Assembly (NCBI GenBank): GCA_016930515.1
Contig: JAFGGO010000104.1
Coordinates: forward strand, 1 to 33,334
Reading direction: 5' to 3'
Source of the DNA: Promethearchaeota archaeon
GTDB lineage: Archaea; Asgardarchaeota; Lokiarchaeia; Sigyniarchaeales; SOKP01
DNA length: 33,334 nt
The notes under the pieces were generated by a model. That model saw nothing but the letters and a program-made list of their open reading frames with translations, had not been told where the DNA came from and did not search any database. Below are positions 10,031-18,658 of the stretch, piece after piece; within the stretch, counting starts at the first letter, position 1, and each line of letters begins with the position of its first letter. Both the position numbers and the translations under genes were made by a program.

Positions 10031-11002
10031 TTATTTGAGGTTTTTTTTTCCTAAAGACTTTCTGAGCTCTTCTGCTAAATTTCCCAATCTCGTTGCGGTT
10101 GCGGCTATCTCTTGCATTGAAGCTGTTTGTTCCTCTGCCGCGGTGCTAATACTTTCCATGAGCATGGCGTTGTTTTCTTCCGTTTTTACGGAATTTTTTA
10201 CTTCGGTCCTTACTTTTTCGATTAGTTCAGCCGTTCTGGATATCATTGTAATGATCTCTTCTATTTTTGGTGCTGCGTCCTTAACCATGCTTTTTGATTG
10301 TTCTGCTAACTTGCGGACCTCATCGGCAACAACGGCAAAACCCCTACCATGCTCTCCTGCCCGTCCAGCTTCTATACTCGCGTTAAGCGCCAATAAATTC
10401 GTCTGTTCGGAGATGCTGGTGATGATTTTCATGATGTTGTTTATATCCTTTGTTGAGATTTGTATACCACTCGCAAGTTCACTGATATTATCAACATTCT
10501 TGTCGATTTCAGAAAGGGTCGTGACTTCTTGTTGCGTGCTCATGGTTGCTTCTAAGGTAGTTGCAGATATTTCTTCGGCTGCAGCATTCACTTCGGAGGC
10601 ACTAGCCGCAAGTTCCGTGGCCATATTGGCAGTATTAATGCTCACTTCGGAAGCAGCTGAGAGTATCTCGTCCATCTCACTTGCGTCGTTCAAGGCCTTC
10701 TTTTTTATGACATTTATTTTATTTTCGAGAACGGAAACAAAACCCGTAACAACTCCTAGAGCACATGAAATGAGTGCATATCCCTCACCAAATGTGTCTC
10801 CATACGGCCAAAGACCAAGCTTATCGGTGATGTTTCCTATTGAGTATAACATCACGGTTGTAATAAAAAATATCATTAACTGATGGTAAATGGTTCTAGT
10901 TTTATATGCGAGATAAACCATGATCATTATTGCCCCAATAAAGAAAAACAAGGCGGTTATGTTAAAACCACCATCTGTCAAGTCTTCTGGTGCCACGCTC
11001 AT
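10031..11002 (-). CDS. Methyl-accepting chemotaxis protein with ~3-TM N-terminus
   Basis: [40 protein letters not shown] signalling hairpin; [11 protein letters not shown] methylation helix. Confidence 0.95.
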   Translation of the reverse strand: MSVAPEDLTDGGFNITALFFFIGAIMIMVYLAYKTRTIYHQLMIFFITTVMLYSIGNITDKLGLWPYGDTFGEGYALISCALGVVTGFVSVLENKINVIKKKALNDASEMDEILSAASEVSINTANMATELAASASEVNAAAEEISATTLEATMSTQQEVTTLSEIDKNVDNISELASGIQISTKDINNIMKIITSISEQTNLLALNASIEAGRAGEHGRGFAVVADEVRKLAEQSKSMVKDAAPKIEEIITMISRTAELIEKVRTEVKNSVKTEENNAMLMESISTAAEEQTASMQEIAATATRLGNLAEELRKSLGKKNLK

Positions 11003-11331
11003 TTGAACCTTCCTCCTGAAGTAGTTGTTGCCTGCCTTCTTTGAAGTGCTTTAATCTTCTTAGTTTTTCCCCGATTCGAATATAAATTTAAAAGAGCCCC
11101 AAAGAAGAGTAAGATGGCAGAAAGAAAAATGCAAAAATGTTCTAAAAAGTTAAAAAATTCTGGAGCTGCTACTGCTTCTATGTTCGTACTAATAAAAGTG
11201 ATAAATAACGCAAGAAGTCCTGGAATGTAATAGGCAAGCTCTTTTCTCTTCCTTGCACCGTACGAGAATCCCAAGAGTGCCAATGGAAACAATGTGACTA
11301 ATATTAATTCTGTTACTTCTAATTCTGGCAT
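10999..11331 (-). CDS. Small 3-TM membrane protein, translationally coupled to MCP
   Basis: Three hydrophobic segments, basic tail; its TGA overlaps the MCP ATG (ATGA, 10999-11002). Confidence 0.8.
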   Translation of the reverse strand: MPELEVTELILVTLFPLALLGFSYGARKRKELAYYIPGLLALFITFISTNIEAVAAPEFFNFLEHFCIFLSAILLFFGALLNLYSNRGKTKKIKALQRRQATTTSGGRFK

Positions 11332-11587
11332 TTTAAGTTACTTACCCTAATCATGTATATTTTATATTACATGTAAGATCATAATCATTGTATATAAATT
11401 GCTGCATTATAACTTTTTATTTGTGATTGCTAAACAATCAGAATTTGTAGTAGATCCAAAAAAACGATCGAATTTGATAATTAACATGAACGATACATAC
11501 TTTCATGTAAAAAAGATATAATAATGGGCATTACTACGATATAAGTAACAAAATTTTTCTCGAAAACAATAAAAGAGAGTTTAATCC

Positions 11588-12766
11588 GTGGAAAACAATT
11601 CAATGTTCGAGGCTAAAATTCAATTGCTATTCTCGTTGATCGGTAACGGTTATCTCAAGGATAGGCGATTGTTTCGAGCTTTTTTAGACGAAAACATTGA
11701 GGATTTTATTTCGGAAGAATACATCTATCACGCGGGATATTTTGTGGATAGACCCAGCCTTTTTTATCACAAGAATGTGGATAATTATCGCACGATTAGT
11801 GCGCCTCACATGATATGCATAATGCTCCAAGGATTGTTGTTTACAAGGCCAGACGAGGATTTGCTCATCTTGGGTGCAAAAAGCGGATTTATTTCTGCCC
11901 TTGCTCACAAACTCATTCCCGAAGGTAACATTACCGTAGTAGAAGCCAATTCAGATGTGGCAAAAATTACTCTTGAAAATTTAAACAAGCTTAATTACAC
12001 GGAAAAAATAAGAATTCTTGTAAAAAATCCCCTTGAGGGCGTTCCCGATCAAAAACCGTGGAAAAAAATATTAGTCACTGGTGCGATCACCGAAGATAAA
12101 ATTTATCCCCTCTTAGAGCAACTAGATCCAGACGGGGGCGTATTATTTGCTCCAATTGGAAATATTGAACAAACTCAGACTTATACCCAAATCTTACGCG
12201 TGGGAGATGATTTTTTTGGTAAAAAACAACTTCAAGTTCAATTCTCTCCCTTGATGACTAAAGTCGAATTGGATGAACTCGAATTAGTAATGGATTTTGA
12301 TGAGGAGATCATCGAAGATCAAAATAAAGAAGATGGTAAACCCTCACATATTTCCATTAAATATACTTCAAGTATCTTGGACGAGATTGATTTGAAACCA
12401 AATGCAAAAATGAACCCTCCGAACCTAATCATACAACCAATCGATGTAGGGATTGTATTTCTCGAATATATAGATGATATAACGGAAAGGATGAAAAAAA
12501 GCGAGCAAGTTCGTGAAATAGCCTCTAACATTGAAAATATCGGTATTTTAATAAGCATTATCGAAAATTTCAAGGATAAGTTAAACATTAGCTTTGAACA
12601 AATTGCATCTTCCTTTAACCATATTAAAATTCCTGGTACAAACTCCGATTTCAAGGACCAACCAAGAGTATCAAACTTTACACTTGAAACAAACAAAACA
12701 ATCCTATCATCCCTCAACCAATTTCAACAAGTCATTCGAAAAGAAGTAAATAAATTAAAGTCTTGA
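11588..12766 (+). CDS. Protein-L-isoaspartate O-methyltransferase-like protein with C-terminal extension
   Basis: TISAPHM motif, motif I variant LILGAKSGF, ILVTGA, GGVLFAPIG, VQFSPL. Confidence 0.8.
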   Translation: MENNSMFEAKIQLLFSLIGNGYLKDRRLFRAFLDENIEDFISEEYIYHAGYFVDRPSLFYHKNVDNYRTISAPHMICIMLQGLLFTRPDEDLLILGAKSGFISALAHKLIPEGNITVVEANSDVAKITLENLNKLNYTEKIRILVKNPLEGVPDQKPWKKILVTGAITEDKIYPLLEQLDPDGGVLFAPIGNIEQTQTYTQILRVGDDFFGKKQLQVQFSPLMTKVELDELELVMDFDEEIIEDQNKEDGKPSHISIKYTSSILDEIDLKPNAKMNPPNLIIQPIDVGIVFLEYIDDITERMKKSEQVREIASNIENIGILISIIENFKDKLNISFEQIASSFNHIKIPGTNSDFKDQPRVSNFTLETNKTILSSLNQFQQVIRKEVNKLKS

Positions 12767-12989
12767 TAGTAGGTTTAGTTAATAATTATAACTGCGCGAA
12801 AGAGTTAATAATCTTTTTTATGAATTAGAATTTTTTCCATCTGAGTCGTTTCTTTGTTGGTCTCTCTTGAATTAATGTTCTGGGGATAAAAAATTCACAG
12901 AATAGAGTTAAATAAAGCATATTTTATGTGTATCAAAAAATTTTTAATTTTTCAATAATTAGAATTCTCATAAAACTTGGATCATTATA

Positions 12990-14243
12990 ATGCCCGAACT
13001 TATTACTTTTAGGAACTTTCACTATAAAGAAGCGATCGAAAAAGGAACTGAGCGATTAAACGATTTAGTAGCACCTCCTTACGATGTAATATCTGAAGAA
13101 GAGAAGCAACAATTAAAAAGTCGAGATCCCAACAACATCTGCCACGTGATCTTACCAGAATCCTACGAAATGGCTGGAAAGAAGTTTCGAGAAATGATCG
13201 ACAACCAAACACTTGTATATGGTGAAAGTCGTTGCTTGTGTGTTTACGGTATTGATTACTACAGACCCGATACGGGCGAAAAGATCTCCCGATATGGTTT
13301 TGTTGGATTGCTAAAGTTAGAAGAGATATTTCCTCCCTCAGCTCGAAAAGGCATCATCCCTCACGAGGCAGTATTCAAGAAATTTTGTGAGGATCGACTG
13401 CAGATCATTCAAAATACTAATGCTAATTTTTCACCCTTGTTCATGATCTACGATGGTAACGGTGCTGCTGAAGAAATAATCGCTAAATATACGAAAAAAA
13501 AGCCTTATTTGCAAGCCGTTGATAGAGAAGGATTTACTCACAAGATATGGGAAGTATGGAAGGAAAAAGATGTGAAAAAATTACAGAAAATAGTGAAAGA
13601 TCACGATATTATCATAGCAGACGGACATCATAGGTTCATTACCAGTCTCAGTCATAGCAAGAACGGCGGGTGCAAATATGTTATGGCGTTATTCATAGAT
13701 TTTAACGACCCTGGCTTGATAATTTATACTAGTCATCGGGAACTTCATGATATTCCCGTCAAAAATCTGGAAGAATTTAAAAGTTGCGTGTGCAACTACT
13801 TTAATGTGCTTGATATCAAGAACTTCGAAGAATTGAAAGTCCAAATGGATAAAAACAAGGAAAACAAAATATTTGGATGTTATTTACACGAGACATACTT
13901 GTTATTGCAATTAAAAGATGATATAAAACCAGAAGATGTAGTGCCTGGGGATAAATCGAAGGAGTGGAAAAATTTAAGCCTGTCTGTCCTTCATTCGATC
14001 TTGATTGAAAAATGCCTCAAAGTTCGGAAAAACAACGTCACGTTCGTTAAAGATGTTAATCAAGGAATTCAAAGGGTCGATCAGGGTAAAATTAAGGCTC
14101 TTGTCATTGTAAATCCTTCTACTTTAGAAGAAGTTCAAAAAATCACAAAATTAGGAGAAATCATGCCACAGAAAAGTACCTATTTCTATCCCAAACCTCT
14201 TAGCGGTCTATTAATTCACGTGCACACGGACAAAATAGAATAA
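12990..14243 (+). CDS. DUF1015 family protein
   Basis: APPYDVIS, IIPHE, IIADGHHR, MPQKSTYFYPKPLSGL. Confidence 0.92.
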   Translation: MPELITFRNFHYKEAIEKGTERLNDLVAPPYDVISEEEKQQLKSRDPNNICHVILPESYEMAGKKFREMIDNQTLVYGESRCLCVYGIDYYRPDTGEKISRYGFVGLLKLEEIFPPSARKGIIPHEAVFKKFCEDRLQIIQNTNANFSPLFMIYDGNGAAEEIIAKYTKKKPYLQAVDREGFTHKIWEVWKEKDVKKLQKIVKDHDIIIADGHHRFITSLSHSKNGGCKYVMALFIDFNDPGLIIYTSHRELHDIPVKNLEEFKSCVCNYFNVLDIKNFEELKVQMDKNKENKIFGCYLHETYLLLQLKDDIKPEDVVPGDKSKEWKNLSLSVLHSILIEKCLKVRKNNVTFVKDVNQGIQRVDQGKIKALVIVNPSTLEEVQKITKLGEIMPQKSTYFYPKPLSGLLIHVHTDKIE

Positions 14244-14489
14244 CCTAAGCCTCTTTAATTTAAAGATCAAGAATATTTCTTCGAATTTCCTGCTATCACG
14301 CAAATAAAAACTGGTTTAAGAATTTCCTTCAAAGAAATACATTTAATCTTTTATTAATTGTAAAGTCTAACTCTTACGACTTTTAGTCAATTGTTTTCGA
14401 AATAAAAATGTTTAATAGTATCTACTTTTACTAATAGTTTGATTTTAAGTTTTAAACTTTAATAAACAGTAAAAAAGTGTTCGCAAATT

Positions 14490-15296
14490 ATGGCAGAAAA
14501 CACCAATCCAGAATTAGAAAGGCTCAAGATCGAGCTTTCAAAAACTCAAGAAAAACTTAGTTCCACAACCGCCGAGCTAGGTTCGGCAAACCTTGATATA
14601 GGTTCTCTCAACGACGAGATTGAGGGATTAAAGAAAGAATTAACCTTGACTAAGGAAGAAACTAATAAAAATAAAGGGGAACTCGATTCAGCATTGGCAG
14701 ATCGCGATCGATTAAAAGAAGAGCTGCAATCTTTAAAAAGATCTCAAGAATCCTCCAAGGCAGAATTAGATAAAATTAAATCAGATCTGGAATCATCCAA
14801 ATCGGAGTTAGAACAAGTTAAGAACGCTTCGAAGGATTCAGATAATACTATAAACGCTTTAAAGTCAGAAAAAGATACTTTAAAAAATCAATTAGACCAA
14901 GCAAATGGAAAAATAGCTGGTTTAGAATCCGAAATTACCGATTTAAAGTCCAAATTGGACGCATCGAATTTAAATATCGAAGAAGCAAAAAATCTTGCTT
15001 CCCAAAAAGACGAAGAAATCAACGCTTTCAAGAAAGAAATCGAAGAAAAGAATAAAAATATCGAAGAACAAGCAAAAAAAATCGAAGAACTCAACACAGA
15101 GATCTATGCTTTAAAACCAGAAGCAAGAGCAGCTGAATTTTCAAGCGAGGAACGTAAGACCTGTTCTAAATGTGGAGCGGTAGGAAACGACATCAAGGTT
15201 ATGGATGATAAATCGAAAGTCTTGAGTTACATGAACAACATTAAGATCTACGCAAAAAAAAATGTTTGCAAGAAATGTGGGAACGAGTGGACTTAA
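14490..15296 (+). CDS. Long coiled-coil protein with C-terminal Zn-ribbon
   Basis: ~200 aa heptad E/K/L-rich segment then CSKCG...DKSKVL...IYAKKNVCKKCGNEW. Confidence 0.85.
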   Translation: MAENTNPELERLKIELSKTQEKLSSTTAELGSANLDIGSLNDEIEGLKKELTLTKEETNKNKGELDSALADRDRLKEELQSLKRSQESSKAELDKIKSDLESSKSELEQVKNASKDSDNTINALKSEKDTLKNQLDQANGKIAGLESEITDLKSKLDASNLNIEEAKNLASQKDEEINAFKKEIEEKNKNIEEQAKKIEELNTEIYALKPEARAAEFSSEERKTCSKCGAVGNDIKVMDDKSKVLSYMNNIKIYAKKNVCKKCGNEWT

Positions 15297-15450
15297 TTAT
15301 TTTTTTTAAACCTTCTTTTTTTTCCACAATCTATCCTTTTCTATAAGAATTCGTTTTTATTCAAGTAAATTTAAATGCTTTTTTTAAAAGAAGAGAAATT
15401 AAAAATTATCTAAGAAAATAAAAAAAGAGATAAATTGAAAAAAATCTAAA

Positions 15451-17580
15451 TTAATGGAAACTGTTCTGGAAATCCTTGAGCTTTGTCCTGTACTGGTCCT
15501 GTAAAGCGCCTACAATAATTTTCTTTTGGTCTTCCATGTTTTGCAATTCACGGATGAAGGCACTATATTGATGACGCACGGGACCTGGAGGTATGTCGTC
15601 CCTAAATCTTTCCAATACAACCGCAAAATCTGAAACCGTTGGTGCCGCATCCAGTTTCTTAAATATACCCGTGAAGATTTCTTGAACTTCAGATGATTTT
15701 TTCATGCCTAAATCCGTTTCAGGGGCTGCTTCTTTTGCTCCTGCCGAAGTAGGCCCGCTAGAAACCGCCGCACCTCCCCGTCCCAACACATTCACTATAG
15801 GTTCAGAACGTGGATAATCTCCAGATCCTGTACACTTGTAATTGATGATGAGCGTTTCGTTTCCCTTTAATAACTCCATGGTTAGTTGTAATTCGGATTC
15901 AGCCTCCACTGCTTCTCTCACATGTGTTGTTCCGGCTGGAGGATGAAATTCCGTTAAAGAAAATCCTGCGGGTATCTTGTCCTTTATCAATAGGTTCTCT
16001 AACTCAACGTCCCCCTTGTTTTGAACGCGTACCGTGATGTTAAACTCGCCTTCGTTAATTCCGGGCTTTATACTCTTGAGGGTCTTGAGTTTTCTCTGAA
16101 TGTATTTGATCTGAACGACTGGTTCTTCGGGAGGCTTGACTAATAGTTCAGCACCCTTTCTTGGCGTATTGACCATTATCTGAACTGGCGTGTTGTATCT
16201 TACTTCGGGTTTGGGATTCTTGGCAAGAAGGGGATAACTCACGAGTAAGCTAGATTGGGGAGGTAATTGGTCCTTCAAATCTTTCAGCGATAAAGTTATC
16301 TTATGCGGCGCTTCGGGACTGATATCGTCTGGTTGAATGAAAATCTTGTCAATAAATTCTTCCCTATTCTGAATCTCGATGGAACCCCCTGGATTCATAA
16401 TGGTTAATGTTATCTGTTCGACCTTGGGTGGAACAAAATCCTTTGGAATCTCGTCTTCTATAAAAACCGTGTTTAAACAAGCCGTTCCAGTGTTAGGAAT
16501 TGAATTTTCGATTTTCATATCGGTATTGGCATAGGCTCCGACTTCGGGAGGAATGATCGCCTTGTGAATTTCGGCTGCTAAGACATCATATATGGTAGAT
16601 TCCTTGTTAATTACTCCGATTGTTCGCGTGATCACGCCAAATAAGGCTGTAAAGGTGATAGCCGATTCCAATTCGGGAACGTTCGGCGTTATCAAGTTGA
16701 AGTCGTAATCCCAAGATCCTTGGGGGCCAATTTGCTCGTTGGGCTCCTGAGAGACCACAGTTTCTTTCCCTGTAGGGATCTTATGGTCAACCTTTACGTC
16801 TTCAAGCCTCACGTTAAACTCTGAATCGTTGATGAACTCGACATTACAATCCCAGGTACCAGGATTGGATCCTTCTTCTCTCGAGACTCCGCTCATCGAG
16901 TCCGTAATGCTTCTAACTTCGGGTTTGACCATTGTTAATTGGTGATTGTGAGCAACATAAGTTACGTTAAGAGCTCCGAGCGATTGTCTTGTCCGTTCTT
17001 CCATGTTTACCGTGCAAATGAGTTGAAGTTCAGCAGATTGATTTCCATCCAGGGTTCCAATATCCCATTTTAAGACTCGCTTTCCTTCTTCCTCGCTTAA
17101 ATCCGCTTTTCCCGCACTAGGTGGGCTGATCTCAACTTCCTTGAGCATTGCAGGCATTTGTCTCGTTGACTTTATATCCGAAATAGGCGTGCTCAGGGTG
17201 TTAGTAAAGGTCAAGGTGATCTTGCACTTGTTCGAATAAATATAAAGAAAGGCATTGTTAACCGTTTGCCCCGTTGTCCTGTCGGTGTCAAAAACTTCCA
17301 GAACTTTCAAGCACGGTTCTTGCAAGTTTTGCAAGTGGTAATCCTGCTTGTGATCTTGCCCTGGATTCAAGGCCCCCACATTCAAGACCTTACCAGGGAT
17401 GTTCGTGTTTACGATTTCCTTAAGGTCGTTGGTGCAGTTCCACAGGCGACTTGATTGCGAGGTGTTTCTGGTGAGTATCGTGCCATCTCCAGTTATTTCA
17501 AGTAGTTCCGATTGTTCTCCTAATTTGATATACTCTCTATCAGTAATATCAACTACGATCAAGTTTTTTAAGTCTGACAT
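15451..17580 (-). CDS. Large beta-sandwich (DUF11/Ig-like) repeat protein without signal peptide
   Basis: Repeats ITLTFTNT..ISDIKSTRQMP / IENSIPNTG..LNTVFIEDEIP / ITVRVQNKG..LENLLIKDKIP; helical C-terminus. Confidence 0.75.
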   Translation of the reverse strand: MSDLKNLIVVDITDREYIKLGEQSELLEITGDGTILTRNTSQSSRLWNCTNDLKEIVNTNIPGKVLNVGALNPGQDHKQDYHLQNLQEPCLKVLEVFDTDRTTGQTVNNAFLYIYSNKCKITLTFTNTLSTPISDIKSTRQMPAMLKEVEISPPSAGKADLSEEEGKRVLKWDIGTLDGNQSAELQLICTVNMEERTRQSLGALNVTYVAHNHQLTMVKPEVRSITDSMSGVSREEGSNPGTWDCNVEFINDSEFNVRLEDVKVDHKIPTGKETVVSQEPNEQIGPQGSWDYDFNLITPNVPELESAITFTALFGVITRTIGVINKESTIYDVLAAEIHKAIIPPEVGAYANTDMKIENSIPNTGTACLNTVFIEDEIPKDFVPPKVEQITLTIMNPGGSIEIQNREEFIDKIFIQPDDISPEAPHKITLSLKDLKDQLPPQSSLLVSYPLLAKNPKPEVRYNTPVQIMVNTPRKGAELLVKPPEEPVVQIKYIQRKLKTLKSIKPGINEGEFNITVRVQNKGDVELENLLIKDKIPAGFSLTEFHPPAGTTHVREAVEAESELQLTMELLKGNETLIINYKCTGSGDYPRSEPIVNVLGRGGAAVSSGPTSAGAKEAAPETDLGMKKSSEVQEIFTGIFKKLDAAPTVSDFAVVLERFRDDIPPGPVRHQYSAFIRELQNMEDQKKIIVGALQDQYRTKLKDFQNSFH

Positions 17581-17738
17581 TTTCTATCAAATCTCTGTAT
17601 GTAAAATAAAAGTTTATACCAACATAATATAGTAGGCAAATATAAATTTTTTTACAACGAAGTTTTTATCTACTTCTTTTCGCCAAAAAAATAATATTAT
17701 CTTTATATAAAAAAAATACAAAAAAAACGAATTTAATT

Positions 17739-18449
17739 TTATTTGGAAAGTTGGCGTCCTACTCCAAAATACATCAATATCGACCCTGAAAGTACTAAAA
17801 TAAAACCTAAATAGGATGTAATCGTCCTAAAGGAGTCATTGTTTGAGAAATTATTGAGGAAAACCAAATAACCATAACTTAAAATGAATATTACCCCAAC
17901 TGAAAAAAACAACCATTTCTTTTTTAACTCCGCATCTGAAAATTGATTAAAGATTTTATATAACAAGTAGCACAAAGGAATAAAGTTTGCTAGCGTGAAT
18001 GCCAAGAGCATGAATATAAAGAACGGAAATGGCCATACGGGGGCAAAATCCTTGCCAGTAAACTCAACGCGGGTCTCAGGGAAGAGATTTAATGTCATCA
18101 TTCCAATCCCAAATACTAAATAAATCCCTAAAATAACGAGTAATTGTAATTTTGTATCAACCGCCTTTTCAGACTTGAGCAGGATGAGGCAAAAAACAAC
18201 GAGAAAAACGACACCAGAATACACAAACAAGTTGGTCAAGTAATTCATGTATAAGACCATAGGATCGTCCTCGAATGGGAGATATATGAAATTAAATAAC
18301 AATCCAATCACTAATGAAATATAAAACCCACTGAAAATTTGGTTCAAGCGCTTTTTATCTCTCTTCAAGATCTTATAAGCGATGAATAACAGCACTACAA
18401 ACAAGAGTCCTTGTACTACATATACAGTAATTAATCGCGTATTACCCAA
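17739..18449 (-). CDS. Stand-alone 7TM membrane protein (HisKA_7TM-like)
   Basis: Seven hydrophobic segments, PVW loop before TM5, no cytoplasmic output domain. Confidence 0.85.
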   Translation of the reverse strand: MGNTRLITVYVVQGLLFVVLLFIAYKILKRDKKRLNQIFSGFYISLVIGLLFNFIYLPFEDDPMVLYMNYLTNLFVYSGVVFLVVFCLILLKSEKAVDTKLQLLVILGIYLVFGIGMMTLNLFPETRVEFTGKDFAPVWPFPFFIFMLLAFTLANFIPLCYLLYKIFNQFSDAELKKKWLFFSVGVIFILSYGYLVFLNNFSNNDSFRTITSYLGFILVLSGSILMYFGVGRQLSK

Positions 18450-18658
18450 TTAAATCCCTCCAAAAGTATGTAATATCACTTAAATAGTGTTTTTTACATT
18501 TAAATTTGATCAATGAAGATCATTTAAAAACTAACAGAAGACCTTTGAAATTACATTACGAAATTCAAATTATTAATGAAAAATCTCTGATATAACTTAA
18601 ATAGGTTTTCGGATTTTCTTTATTAATATTATTTGATCATAGATCGCGATCTTAAAAC

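Noticed and set aside
10035-10883. 282-aa plus-strand ORF
   Set aside because: Antisense shadow of the MCP; S/A-rich with no recognisable motif.
14490-15100. SMC, intermediate filament or ESCRT-III assignment for the coiled coil
   Set aside because: No ATPase motifs or family-specific signature; generic heptad similarity is not sufficient.
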